Shown here piece by piece: positions 28,607 through 37,068 of a stretch of DNA of 64,000 bases; the first letter of the stretch is position 1, and every line of letters starts with the position of its first letter. A program made the translations under genes and the position numbers. This DNA is from Capsulimonadaceae bacterium (GTDB taxonomy: Bacteria > Armatimonadota > Armatimonadia > Armatimonadales > Capsulimonadaceae), in assembly GCA_965215505.1 (NCBI GenBank), contig OZ244065.1, positions 2,560,001 through 2,624,000 on the forward strand. Direction: 5' to 3'. The notes beneath the pieces were generated by a model. It had not been told where the DNA came from. It ran no database searches and saw only the letters and a list, made by a program, of their open reading frames with translations.

Positions 28607-30879
28607 AGTGAAGACGCGCCCCCGAATGCGGCACGGAGTCCGGCACCGGGCGCGGCAGGCTCCAGCGGGACGCGCAGCAGGGTCATGGACTGCGGCGGCA
28701 GGGTCAGCACGGAAGGCAGGAGAGCCGACGGGTAGGCGGCGATCCCTTTGGGATTATCGGCGTCGCAGCGCCACATCTTCACGGTCCCGGCGGGCGAAAC
28801 GCCCTTAATAGTGAGGGGGGCCGTGATTGTGGCCTTAGACATCTTGTTGATGAGCATCAGCGTCAGCTCGCCCGTGCGGCTGTCGGTCGCGGCGTAAACG
28901 CCCAGCCGGCCTTGGTCGGCGCTCGACGCCGCGCAGGAGACGTCCCCGAAGCCGTTCCCGCGCCCGTCCGGACTGCGGTAGAGTTTGAAGGCGAGGTAGC
29001 CCGGCGAATCCTTGTTCGGGTAGGCCCAGTAATCGGCCAGGTAGACATCTTCACGCCCAAAGATGCCCAGCACGTCGGCGATGGCAAGCCCACCGTTGAT
29101 CTGAGGATCCGCGCCGAAGTTCCACTCGGTGATGCCCAGACGGGTGCCTGGGTAGCCCGAGGCGATCCACTCCTTCAGGCGTGGGATCAGGCGCACCGGC
29201 ACTCCCACCCACGACTCGTCGCTATAGGTGGGGTCCCACAGGCTGCGCGTGGCCCGCAGGCGCAGGGCCTGGGTCGCCTTGTCGGTCTGCCCGGAAAACA
29301 CCCCGGCGGCCTGGGGATAGAAATGCACGTCCAGCACGTCCAGACTCCGCGCGCCCGTCCGGGCATCGTGGGCGCGGACCTGGCCCAGAAACCAGGGCAG
29401 GAACGGCGTGCCGCCGTGCCGGGCCTGGTCCGCGCTGGTCTTGAAGTTGTCGTCGCCTCGGTCCAGGGCGGAATGATTGTACCCGGTCCAGCCCCACGAG
29501 ACGGGGCCGGTGACCAGGGCCGTCGGGTCCACGGCCTTGACGGCGGTGGCGTAGTCCAGGAAGCTGCGGAGGACATCGTCGTAGCCCATGCGGGCCGGGT
29601 GGACGTCGGTGTGGGTCGAGTCCCACAAATCAGGCTCGTTGTCCATTGCGAAGAACTGCACCCCGCCATGCGCGCCGTCGCCGAAGGTCTTTTTCAGATG
29701 GTAGACCCACTCGTCCTGGTAGACGACGCCGCCCGTAAGACTCGGGCGGTCCGTGAACGGCGCCCCCTTGCGGGCGACCGACCGGACGCTGGTCCGGCTG
29801 CGGTTGGCGGCGGGGTTATAGCCCGCGATTGCGCCTTCCGCACCGGCCAGCCCCGGCCCGCCGCCGTCGGGGACGTTGGTCGAGGCGTTCCCGTTGTCCG
29901 CATCGCGCGCTACCCAGCCGATGGTCGGCACGGTCAGAAGCGTCGCCGCCCCGTGCGCGCGGTCGGCCCGGACGAGGGCGTCGGCGGCGGACGACGAGGC
30001 GGGCGGGAGGACAGCGTTGGACGCCGTCCGGTTCCGGTAACCCCAGTCGTGCGCGGCGTTCTCGGCGTTGCCCAGCACCCAGTCGTAGCGGCTCTTGTCG
30101 TTGCCCCCCCAGCGGTTCAGCGGCAGGCGCAGGTCGGAGACGTAGTCCTCGGGGGCCATCGCCATGCCGTAGATGAGGGGCGAAATCGCGTGACGGCCCG
30201 CCCGCGCGTTGACCGTGACGGCGACTGTCGCGGCCGTCGGCGCGGCGGGCAAGGACGGGTCCGGCATCAGCGAGAGGTCGTCCACCAGGAGCGGCGTCCG
30301 CGCGGCGATCTCGGGCTGGAAGACGACTCCGCTGACGGCCTGACCGCCGTGTGGCACGTCCAGGGCGGCGAGAGGGATGCGGACGAGGTGCCAGCCGATC
30401 CGGCCCGCCGGGTCGGGATGCAGATAGCGCGTCAGGACGGCATACGGCAGGAACTTGCCCGCGCCGTCCACCAGGCACACGCGCGTGGCCGTATCGCCGG
30501 AGACGAAGGCCTGGAAAGACCCGTAGCCGCCCGTGTCGAAGGCGTCATGGTGGAGGTAGATGCCCCGGTTGCCGGCGGGCGAGAGGAAGATCGCCGCCTT
30601 ACCCGCGTGGCCGGGGTGCTTGAGGTCGTGCGTCCCCCAGGACCAGTCCTGCCAGCCGTCGCCCGCCGTACCGCCGTAAAGGAGCATCGGGGCGTCTGCC
30701 CGCTCGGCGGGCAGCGAGGCGGCCCGCGCCTGAGCGCCCTGAGCGGCGTGATAGAGGTTCCTGGCGAGCGTGTTCCACCGCCCATGTCCGCTTTTCACGC
30801 GGCGGGCGGCATCCGCCCCCGCCAGCAGGACGGCGGCCAGGGTGGCAACGAGGATGAGGGGCTTGACGGGCAGTTTCAC
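28603..30879 (-). CDS. Secreted GH44 endoglucanase with N-terminal CBM-like domain
   Basis: ISPLIYG, RWGGN, MDNEPDLWDSTH, LDVHFYPQ, TRSLWDPTYSDESWV, GITEWNFG. Confidence 0.9.
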   Translation of the reverse strand: MKLPVKPLILVATLAAVLLAGADAARRVKSGHGRWNTLARNLYHAAQGAQARAASLPAERADAPMLLYGGTAGDGWQDWSWGTHDLKHPGHAGKAAIFLSPAGNRGIYLHHDAFDTGGYGSFQAFVSGDTATRVCLVDGAGKFLPYAVLTRYLHPDPAGRIGWHLVRIPLAALDVPHGGQAVSGVVFQPEIAARTPLLVDDLSLMPDPSLPAAPTAATVAVTVNARAGRHAISPLIYGMAMAPEDYVSDLRLPLNRWGGNDKSRYDWVLGNAENAAHDWGYRNRTASNAVLPPASSSAADALVRADRAHGAATLLTVPTIGWVARDADNGNASTNVPDGGGPGLAGAEGAIAGYNPAANRSRTSVRSVARKGAPFTDRPSLTGGVVYQDEWVYHLKKTFGDGAHGGVQFFAMDNEPDLWDSTHTDVHPARMGYDDVLRSFLDYATAVKAVDPTALVTGPVSWGWTGYNHSALDRGDDNFKTSADQARHGGTPFLPWFLGQVRAHDARTGARSLDVLDVHFYPQAAGVFSGQTDKATQALRLRATRSLWDPTYSDESWVGVPVRLIPRLKEWIASGYPGTRLGITEWNFGADPQINGGLAIADVLGIFGREDVYLADYWAYPNKDSPGYLAFKLYRSPDGRGNGFGDVSCAASSADQGRLGVYAATDSRTGELTLMLINKMSKATITAPLTIKGVSPAGTVKMWRCDADNPKGIAAYPSALLPSVLTLPPQSMTLLRVPLEPAAPGAGLRAAFGGASSL

Positions 30880-30988
30880 AGGGAGTGACCTTCCGCGCCG
30901 GGCGACAAGTGGCGCGACACGGTAATTCTACCATACTGCCTTGCAAGAATCATGCCAATTGTACCGGGGCGCCTGCCGCGCTCGGTGG

Positions 30989-31537
30989 TCAGGGCCTAGC
31001 GGCTCCAGGCCCACCGCCCCCTGGACCGCCGCCCCCTGGACCGCCGCCCGGACCGCCGCGCCCGCCGGGGGGCCGGGTGCGGATGACGATCTCGTCGGCG
31101 CTCTTCTCGTCTTTGCTGACGATGCGCGCGCGCAGCCCCATCTTCAGGGCCGCCGCCGAGGCCGGCTTTTGGTCCACGGTGATCTTGGTGGCGGGGGTCA
31201 CGGTGAAGGTCTTGGGGACTCCGTCGCGGCCCTGGACCGTGATCGAGGTCGCGCTGAGGGTCGTGATCTGGCCGCGCGTTCCCGGTGCCCGCTGTCCGCC
31301 CGGAGCGCCCGCACCCGGAGCGCCCGCCGGGGGGCCGCTGCCCGCCGCGACCATGGCCCGATATGTGGCGGGGTCAACGGCCGGGGCGGAGGGCGGGATC
31401 TGGCGGATGATGGTCAGCGCGGAAACTCCCACGGCGGCGAGGCAGGCGGCCCCGATCACCCACTTCTTTTTCTTGTCCTCGGCCGGCTTCTCACCCGTCG
31501 GCATTTCTCCCGCCGGCATCTCTTCAGGGATTGACAT
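30989..31537 (-). CDS. Membrane-anchored Gly/Pro-rich protein with DUF5666-like OB domain
   Basis: GAAGGAGG RBS before the ATG at 31537; one TM helix; GQITTLSATSITV...FTVTPATKITVD...LKMGLRARI. Confidence 0.7.
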   Translation of the reverse strand: MSIPEEMPAGEMPTGEKPAEDKKKKWVIGAACLAAVGVSALTIIRQIPPSAPAVDPATYRAMVAAGSGPPAGAPGAGAPGGQRAPGTRGQITTLSATSITVQGRDGVPKTFTVTPATKITVDQKPASAAALKMGLRARIVSKDEKSADEIVIRTRPPGGRGGPGGGPGGGGPGGGGPGAARP

Positions 31538-31667
31538 CTTTGCGCCCTCCTTCTTCGGGCGACAGGACGCCCTTAGTGGCATCGTAGCAGGCGATCGTGA
31601 AAAGCACATGAAAAACGGGACACAATACGGGACACACTCTTTGCAGGTCCGGCCGGGCCGCCCCATC

Positions 31668-32870
31668 CTACTCGCCGTATTCCCGCCGGTCGCCCAGGCG
31701 GGGTCCCGCCTCGTCCCCGCCGCCGCGCCGGGCCGCGATCAGCTCCTCGTAGACCGCCACCATGCGCCCGCCGACGTGTTCGGGCGTCCGCGCCTGAGCG
31801 CCCCGCCTGGCCTCCTCGGAAAAGCGCCGGCGGGCGTCCGGGTCCGCCAGGAGGGCGAGCGCCCGGTCGGCCATCGCGCGGGCGTCGTCTGCGACCAGCA
31901 GGCCGTCCACGCCGTCCCGGACCGACTCGGGTGCCCCGCCCGCGTTGACGACGACGCACGGCAGGCCCGCCGCCAGGGCCTCGCCGACGGCCAGGCCCTG
32001 CGTCTCGGTCTTGGAGGGGAACAGGAACAGGTCAGAAGCCTGGTACAGCGGGTCCAGCTTGGTCCGGCCCAGGAACCCGGCGAAGCGGGTCCTGCGGTGG
32101 ATGCCGAGCGTGCGGGTGCGGGCCTCCAGCGCCCCCCGGCTCTTGCCGCTGCCGGCGAGGATCAGGTAAGTGTCGTTGGTCTTCTCGGCGATCAGGGCGA
32201 AGGCGCGCAGCAGCAGATCCAGGTTCTTCTCGGGGGCCAGGCGTCCGACATATAGCAGCAGGCGGGCGTCGGGCGGCAGGCCGAACTCGCGCTTGGTTTC
32301 GGGCGGGCGCTGGAGCAGGTAGGGCGGGGCGGGGATGGCGGTCGGGACGACCGAAACGGGCGTCCGGACCCCGTACCCTTCCAGCACGCTCTGGGTGAGG
32401 CGCGAGGGGGCCAGGACGCGGTCGCAGGTGTCATAAAAGCCGCGCATCCAGCGGACCAGCATCCAGCGCGTCGCCCCGACCGTCGGCAGGGGCAGATAGT
32501 GGGCGTATTCGGTATAGAGGGTGTGGTTGGTGGCGACGTGCGGCAGTCCGAGCGACCGGGCGACGCGCCGGGCGAGCAGGCCCAGGAAGAAGGGTGAGTG
32601 GGAGTGGACGATGTCCAGCCCCAATCCGGGGATGGCGCGGGCGATGCGCGGCGAGAAGGTGATCGGCAGGACATAGTCCGGCTCGACGAGGGCGTTGACG
32701 GAGGGGAACCGGAAGACGCCGGGGCGCTCGTCCCGGTAGCGCGGGTAGCGGGAGGTGAAGACGAACACCTCATGCCCCGCCTGTTCCAGGTGGGCCGTGA
32801 GGGTCTGGACGGACGTGCTGACGCCGTTGATGAGGGGCGGGTAGCTTTCGGTGAAAATTCCGACGCGCAT
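31668..32870 (-). CDS. GT4 glycosyltransferase (diacylglycerol glucosyltransferase-like)
   Basis: MRVGIFTESYPPLINGVSTS, HSHSPF, YVGRLAPEKN, FPSKTETQGLAVGEA. Confidence 0.9.
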   Translation of the reverse strand: MRVGIFTESYPPLINGVSTSVQTLTAHLEQAGHEVFVFTSRYPRYRDERPGVFRFPSVNALVEPDYVLPITFSPRIARAIPGLGLDIVHSHSPFFLGLLARRVARSLGLPHVATNHTLYTEYAHYLPLPTVGATRWMLVRWMRGFYDTCDRVLAPSRLTQSVLEGYGVRTPVSVVPTAIPAPPYLLQRPPETKREFGLPPDARLLLYVGRLAPEKNLDLLLRAFALIAEKTNDTYLILAGSGKSRGALEARTRTLGIHRRTRFAGFLGRTKLDPLYQASDLFLFPSKTETQGLAVGEALAAGLPCVVVNAGGAPESVRDGVDGLLVADDARAMADRALALLADPDARRRFSEEARRGAQARTPEHVGGRMVAVYEELIAARRGGGDEAGPRLGDRREYGE

Positions 32871-32879
32871 GAGGCGGCC

Positions 32880-33299
32880 TTATCCCTCCGGGGCCCGATC
32901 GTCTTGGGCATCTTGGGGCTTCTGCTGGTCTTCTTTGAAGGCCAGGACGCTGGACAGCTTGAAGCGACGCTGGTTGCCCGCCGACCGCTCGTGGGGGAGG
33001 ATACCCCGGTTGGTGTAGCGGCGGACGGTAGTCGGGCAGACCTCCAGAATGCAGGCGGTCTCTTCCAGAGTCAGGGTCGGGTCCACCAGACGCCGCAGCA
33101 GCTCCTCGCGCGTCTCTTCTTTGCGCGGTCCGCGCGCCTTGCGCGGCGGAGCCTGCCGGGGCGGGGCTTCGTCGGGGGGGCTTGGGGGCGAGGCACGCAC
33201 CGGCTCGAAGCCGTTCCGGGGGGCGGGGGGCGCTTTTTTGGCGACCGCCTTCCCCAGCATGTCCACATACTTGTTCCAGTCCTGAACGTTACGCAACAA
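32880..33299 (-). CDS. MerR/excisionase-like HTH protein (BldC-like)
   Basis: LTLEETACILEVCPTTVRRYTNRGILPHERSAGNQRRF; GGAGG RBS. Confidence 0.75.
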   Translation of the reverse strand: MLRNVQDWNKYVDMLGKAVAKKAPPAPRNGFEPVRASPPSPPDEAPPRQAPPRKARGPRKEETREELLRRLVDPTLTLEETACILEVCPTTVRRYTNRGILPHERSAGNQRRFKLSSVLAFKEDQQKPQDAQDDRAPEG

Positions 33300-33320
33300 C
33301 GAGATCCTCCCCGGCGGCCC

Positions 33321-34376
33321 TCAGATAATCAGCATGGCGTCGCCGAACGACAAAAAGCGGTAGCCCTCGTCCAATGCCTCGCGGTAGGCGCGGCGGATGG
33401 CGTCCGACCCTGCCAGCGCGCTGACCAGCAGCAGCAGCGTGGAGCGCGGCATGTGGAAGTTCGTCACCAGCCCGTCCACGGCCTGGAACCGGTAGCCCGG
33501 CGTCACATACAGGGACGTCTCGCCGTCCATGGGCGCGATGCGGCGCGGGCCGACGGCGGCGCTCTCCAGAGTCCGCGCCGAGGTCGTCCCGACCGCGATG
33601 ACGCGGCCCCGCGCGGCGTTGACGATCTCGGCGGCCTCGGGGGTGACGGTGACGCGCTCGGCGTGCATCTGGTGGGCCAGGACGTCTTCGGACTCGATTG
33701 GCCGGAAGGTCCCCAGCCCGACATGGAGGGTGACGCGGGCGAGGGTGACGCCGCGCGCCTCGATCCAGGCGAGCAATTCGGGAGTGAAGTGCAGCCCCGC
33801 CGTGGGCGCGGCGGCCGACCCGCCTGCGTCGGCGTAGACCGTCTGATACCGCTCGCGCCGGCCTGACGGCAGCGGAATCCCGATGTAGGGTGGCAGTGGG
33901 GCGGAGGACCGGGCCGCGATGGCGTCTTCCACGAAGACGCCGGGCGGCGCGTGGAACTGGAGAAGACGCCCGCCACGATCATCGGTCTTCTCGACGACGA
34001 GGGCCGAAAGCCCATCGCCAAACTCGACCAGGGTGTCCGGCAGCATCTTTTTTCCCGGACGCACCAGCGCGCGCCACAGGCCGTCGGCGACCCGGTGGGT
34101 CAGGAACGCCTCGATGCGCTCGTCGGGGCGGCCGGGCCGCGCGCCGAAGAGGCGCTGGGCGGTCACGCGCGTGTCGTTGAGTACCAGCACGTCGCCGGGG
34201 CTGAGGTAGTCGGGTAGGTCGAAAAAATGCCGGTGCGCCATCGTCGCCGCGCCCCGGTCCAGCACCAGCAGCCGCGAGCCGTCGCGCGGCTCCAGCGGCG
34301 TCTGCGCGATCCGGTCGGCGGGAAGGGGGTAGTCAAAGTCGGAAAGGCGCAGGGCTGGCGTGGGTTGTTCTTCCAT
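33321..34376 (-). CDS. queA: S-adenosylmethionine:tRNA ribosyltransferase-isomerase
   Basis: DFDYPLP..IAQTP, PLPPYI, YQTVYA, AAPTAGLHF, LHVGLGTF, TNFH, FLSFGDAM. Confidence 0.97.
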   Translation of the reverse strand: MEEQPTPALRLSDFDYPLPADRIAQTPLEPRDGSRLLVLDRGAATMAHRHFFDLPDYLSPGDVLVLNDTRVTAQRLFGARPGRPDERIEAFLTHRVADGLWRALVRPGKKMLPDTLVEFGDGLSALVVEKTDDRGGRLLQFHAPPGVFVEDAIAARSSAPLPPYIGIPLPSGRRERYQTVYADAGGSAAAPTAGLHFTPELLAWIEARGVTLARVTLHVGLGTFRPIESEDVLAHQMHAERVTVTPEAAEIVNAARGRVIAVGTTSARTLESAAVGPRRIAPMDGETSLYVTPGYRFQAVDGLVTNFHMPRSTLLLLVSALAGSDAIRRAYREALDEGYRFLSFGDAMLII

Positions 34377-34405
34377 AGGGTGCGGGCGTAACGGGCCACA
34401 CCACT

Positions 34406-34434
34406 ATTGTAGCGGAAGGGGGGGGTGCTGTCAA
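34406..34434 (-). promoter_or_regulatory. Sigma70 promoter of queA
   Basis: TTGACA-N17-TACAAT. Confidence 0.75.
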
Positions 34435-34458
34435 GGGGCTGCCGGAGAAGAAGGGCCG

Positions 34459-34896
34459 TCAGGGGAGGCGTTTACGGAGGTGAGCCACCATGCCCGCCCC
34501 GTTGTGGTGCAGCTCCACCTGATCCATCAGGGCCTGCATCAGATGGATGCCGCGCCCGCCGAGGGCGTCCGTGTCCTCCGCCCCGTGCTGCGCGGCAGGG
34601 TCGAAACCGTGTCCCTGGTCGCGCACCTCAATGAAGAACGCGCCGTCGCCCAAGCCGATGACGATGACGATGGGGCTGGCCGCGCTGGGCGAGCCGTACA
34701 GGATGGCATTGGTGACGGCCTCGCCCGCCGCGATCTCCACGTCGGCCAGGTCCAGGCCGCTGAGGCCAGCCCGCACCGCCAGCGCCCGCACCCGTTCCCG
34801 TGCCTGCCCAGCGCTCTGCGGATGGGCGGTGATCTCGAATTGCTCGTGGAAATCGTTCAAAAAAGTCCTCGCGGCAAAAGCTCTGCGGCGTTCCAT
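34459..34896 (-). CDS. RsbW-like anti-sigma factor / serine kinase
   Basis: EAVTNAILYG, VRDQGHGF, GGRGIHLM. Confidence 0.88.
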   Translation of the reverse strand: MERRRAFAARTFLNDFHEQFEITAHPQSAGQARERVRALAVRAGLSGLDLADVEIAAGEAVTNAILYGSPSAASPIVIVIGLGDGAFFIEVRDQGHGFDPAAQHGAEDTDALGGRGIHLMQALMDQVELHHNGAGMVAHLRKRLP

Positions 34897-35039
34897 GGTT
34901 GACCGGCGCGGAAGGCTGGCATATCCGGCAGATTACCCGGAAAGCATGAACGCCAAACGCGGCACAAAATGTTTCATAAGAAGCCAACCCGAAAGCAGGC
35001 ACTTTCCCGCCGCTCGCGTGGTTACTGGTATCGTCCGCG

Positions 35040-35069
35040 TTGACAGAGGCGTGCCCGCCAAAGTATAAT
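35040..35069 (+). promoter_or_regulatory. Consensus sigma70 promoter of the nitrite/sulfite reductase
   Basis: TTGACA-N18-TATAAT. Confidence 0.8.
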
Positions 35070-35122
35070 GGTGTATTGGCAACCAGTTTGCTAGGGAATC
35101 GGCGATTAGCAGGGAACTTCAC

Positions 35123-36793
35123 ATGAGCGACGTCAAGAGCGAGATCAAGATCACCAAAGAAGAGCGGCTGAAGAAGGAAAAGGCGGGCCTGGACGTTCTG
35201 GCCGACATCTACCGGTACGCCGAGACCGGATTCGACGCCATCGAGCCGGGCGACTTCATGCGCTTCAAATGGTACGGCGTGTACCAGCAGCGGCCCAACG
35301 AGGGCCACTTCATGATGCGGATCAAGGTCCCCGGTGGGCGCATGACGAGCGAGCAGCTCCGCACCGTCGCCGACCTGACCGAGACCTACGCGCGCGGCAT
35401 CGGCGACATCACCACCCGCCAGACCATCCAGCTCCACTGGCTGACCATCCAGGACATGCCGGACATCTTCGCCCGGCTCAATGCAGTCGGCGTGACCACA
35501 GCCGGTGCCTGCGGCGACATCACCCGCAACCTGACTTCGTCCCCGGCGGCGGGCTTCGACCCGCAGGAGCTTGTTGACACCCGGCCCGCCGTGGACGCCA
35601 TCCAGGACTTCTTCCACCTGAACCGCGACTTCGGCGACCTGCCGCGCAAGTTCAAGATCGCCGTGGAAGGCTCCCCCGTCCAGAGTACGCTGCCGCAGAT
35701 CAACGACGCCTCGCTGATCGCCCACAGGCGCGAGTCCGACGGCGTGGTCGGCTACCACTTCTTCGTCGGCGGCGGGCTGTCCCTCCAGCCCTTCTTCGGG
35801 CAGATGATCGACGTCTTCGTTCCCGCCACCGAACTCGACAAGATCGTGGACGTCATGCGGGCCATCGCCGAGTGCTACCGGGACGCCGAGCAGCTCCGCG
35901 CCAAGCGCACCCGCGCCCGGCTGAAGTACCTGATGGCCGAGTGGGGGCCGGAGAAGTTCACCGCCGAGGTCCGCGCCAAGCTCGACTGGACGCCCGACTC
36001 GGCCGCGCCGGGCTTTGAATTCTCCGATGAGACCTACCGGGACCATATCGGCGTCCACGCCCAGTCCCAGCCGGGCCTGAATTGGATCGGCCTGTGCGTC
36101 CTGGCCGGCCGGCTCACCGACACGCAGATGCGCCTGGCCGCCGACGTCGCCGCCAAGTACGGCGGCGGCGAGGTCCGCACGACGAACGTCCAGAACCTGC
36201 TGATCCCGCACATCACGACCGAGGACCTGCCCGCCGCTCAGGCGGAGCTTGCGGCGGGCGGCTTCGCCTGGGACGTGCCCAACATCCGGCGCGGGGCCAT
36301 CGCCTGTACGGGCATCGAGTTCTGCAACCTGGCGATCACCGAAACCAAGCTGCGGATCAAGGAGGTCCTCGTCCACCTGGAAGAGGTCGCCCCGAACCCC
36401 TACGAGCGCGGCCTGAAGATCAACATGAACGGCTGCCCGAACTCCTGCGCCCAGCACCACGTCGGCGACATCGGCCTCCAGGGCTGCCTCGCCCGGCTCG
36501 ACGACGGCTCCCAGGTGGAGGCTTACGATGTCCACCTGGGCGGCGATCTGGGCGCGCACCCGTCCTTCACCCGCGCCATCCACCGCAAGGTGCCCGCCGA
36601 GAAGGTCAAGTACGCCCTGGGCAACGTCATCCGGCGCTTCCAAGAAACCCGCGAGGGCGAGGAGCGGTTCGCGCAGTGGGCGCACCGCCACACCAACGAG
36701 GAACTGGACGCTTACCTTGGCGTCGAAACCATCGTCGGTGCCCCCGACCTGCCGGCCTCGGCCCAGGGGGCAGGCGTGACGACTTGGCGGTAG
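35123..36793 (+). CDS. Ferredoxin-dependent nitrite/sulfite reductase (siroheme/4Fe-4S)
   Basis: FMMRIKVPGG, DITTRQTIQLH, LPRKFK, CTGIEFC and NGCPNSC ligand motifs. Nitrite versus sulfite specificity not resolved. Confidence 0.93.
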   Translation: MSDVKSEIKITKEERLKKEKAGLDVLADIYRYAETGFDAIEPGDFMRFKWYGVYQQRPNEGHFMMRIKVPGGRMTSEQLRTVADLTETYARGIGDITTRQTIQLHWLTIQDMPDIFARLNAVGVTTAGACGDITRNLTSSPAAGFDPQELVDTRPAVDAIQDFFHLNRDFGDLPRKFKIAVEGSPVQSTLPQINDASLIAHRRESDGVVGYHFFVGGGLSLQPFFGQMIDVFVPATELDKIVDVMRAIAECYRDAEQLRAKRTRARLKYLMAEWGPEKFTAEVRAKLDWTPDSAAPGFEFSDETYRDHIGVHAQSQPGLNWIGLCVLAGRLTDTQMRLAADVAAKYGGGEVRTTNVQNLLIPHITTEDLPAAQAELAAGGFAWDVPNIRRGAIACTGIEFCNLAITETKLRIKEVLVHLEEVAPNPYERGLKINMNGCPNSCAQHHVGDIGLQGCLARLDDGSQVEAYDVHLGGDLGAHPSFTRAIHRKVPAEKVKYALGNVIRRFQETREGEERFAQWAHRHTNEELDAYLGVETIVGAPDLPASAQGAGVTTWR

Positions 36794-36803
36794 GTTACAG
36801 AAG

Positions 36804-36843
36804 TAGGAGAGGCCGCCGGGGATACTCCCGGCGGCCTCTCCTA
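36804..36843. terminator. Strong hairpin after the reductase
   Basis: TAGGAGAGGCCGCCGGG / CCCGGCGGCCTCTCCTA 17-bp stem. Confidence 0.75.
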
Positions 36844-36864
36844 TGCTCAGAAGTAGAGGCTACC

Positions 36865-36893
36865 TTGCCTTTTCTGACCGGTCTTGTTATAAT
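36865..36893 (+). promoter_or_regulatory. Promoter of the island gene
   Basis: TTGCCT-N17-TATAAT with extended TG. Confidence 0.7.
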
Positions 36894-37068
36894 AGGCCTA
36901 GAGCTATCCTCAGCCCAAAATGTTCAGCATATCGTCTGACATATCGCAGGAAGTACAACAGAACTTTCCTAAGACTTGCGAACAGGTTCAAGCGGGCTGG
37001 TGCGGCTCTTTGGAGCACATTCCAAGCAAGACGTTTCGTAACGGTATATACCCCCGGTGTAACAAATC

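Noticed and set aside
32880-33299. Excisionase of a prophage or ICE
   Set aside because: Embedded between queA and a GT4 with host-like codons, and no integrase or phage genes nearby.
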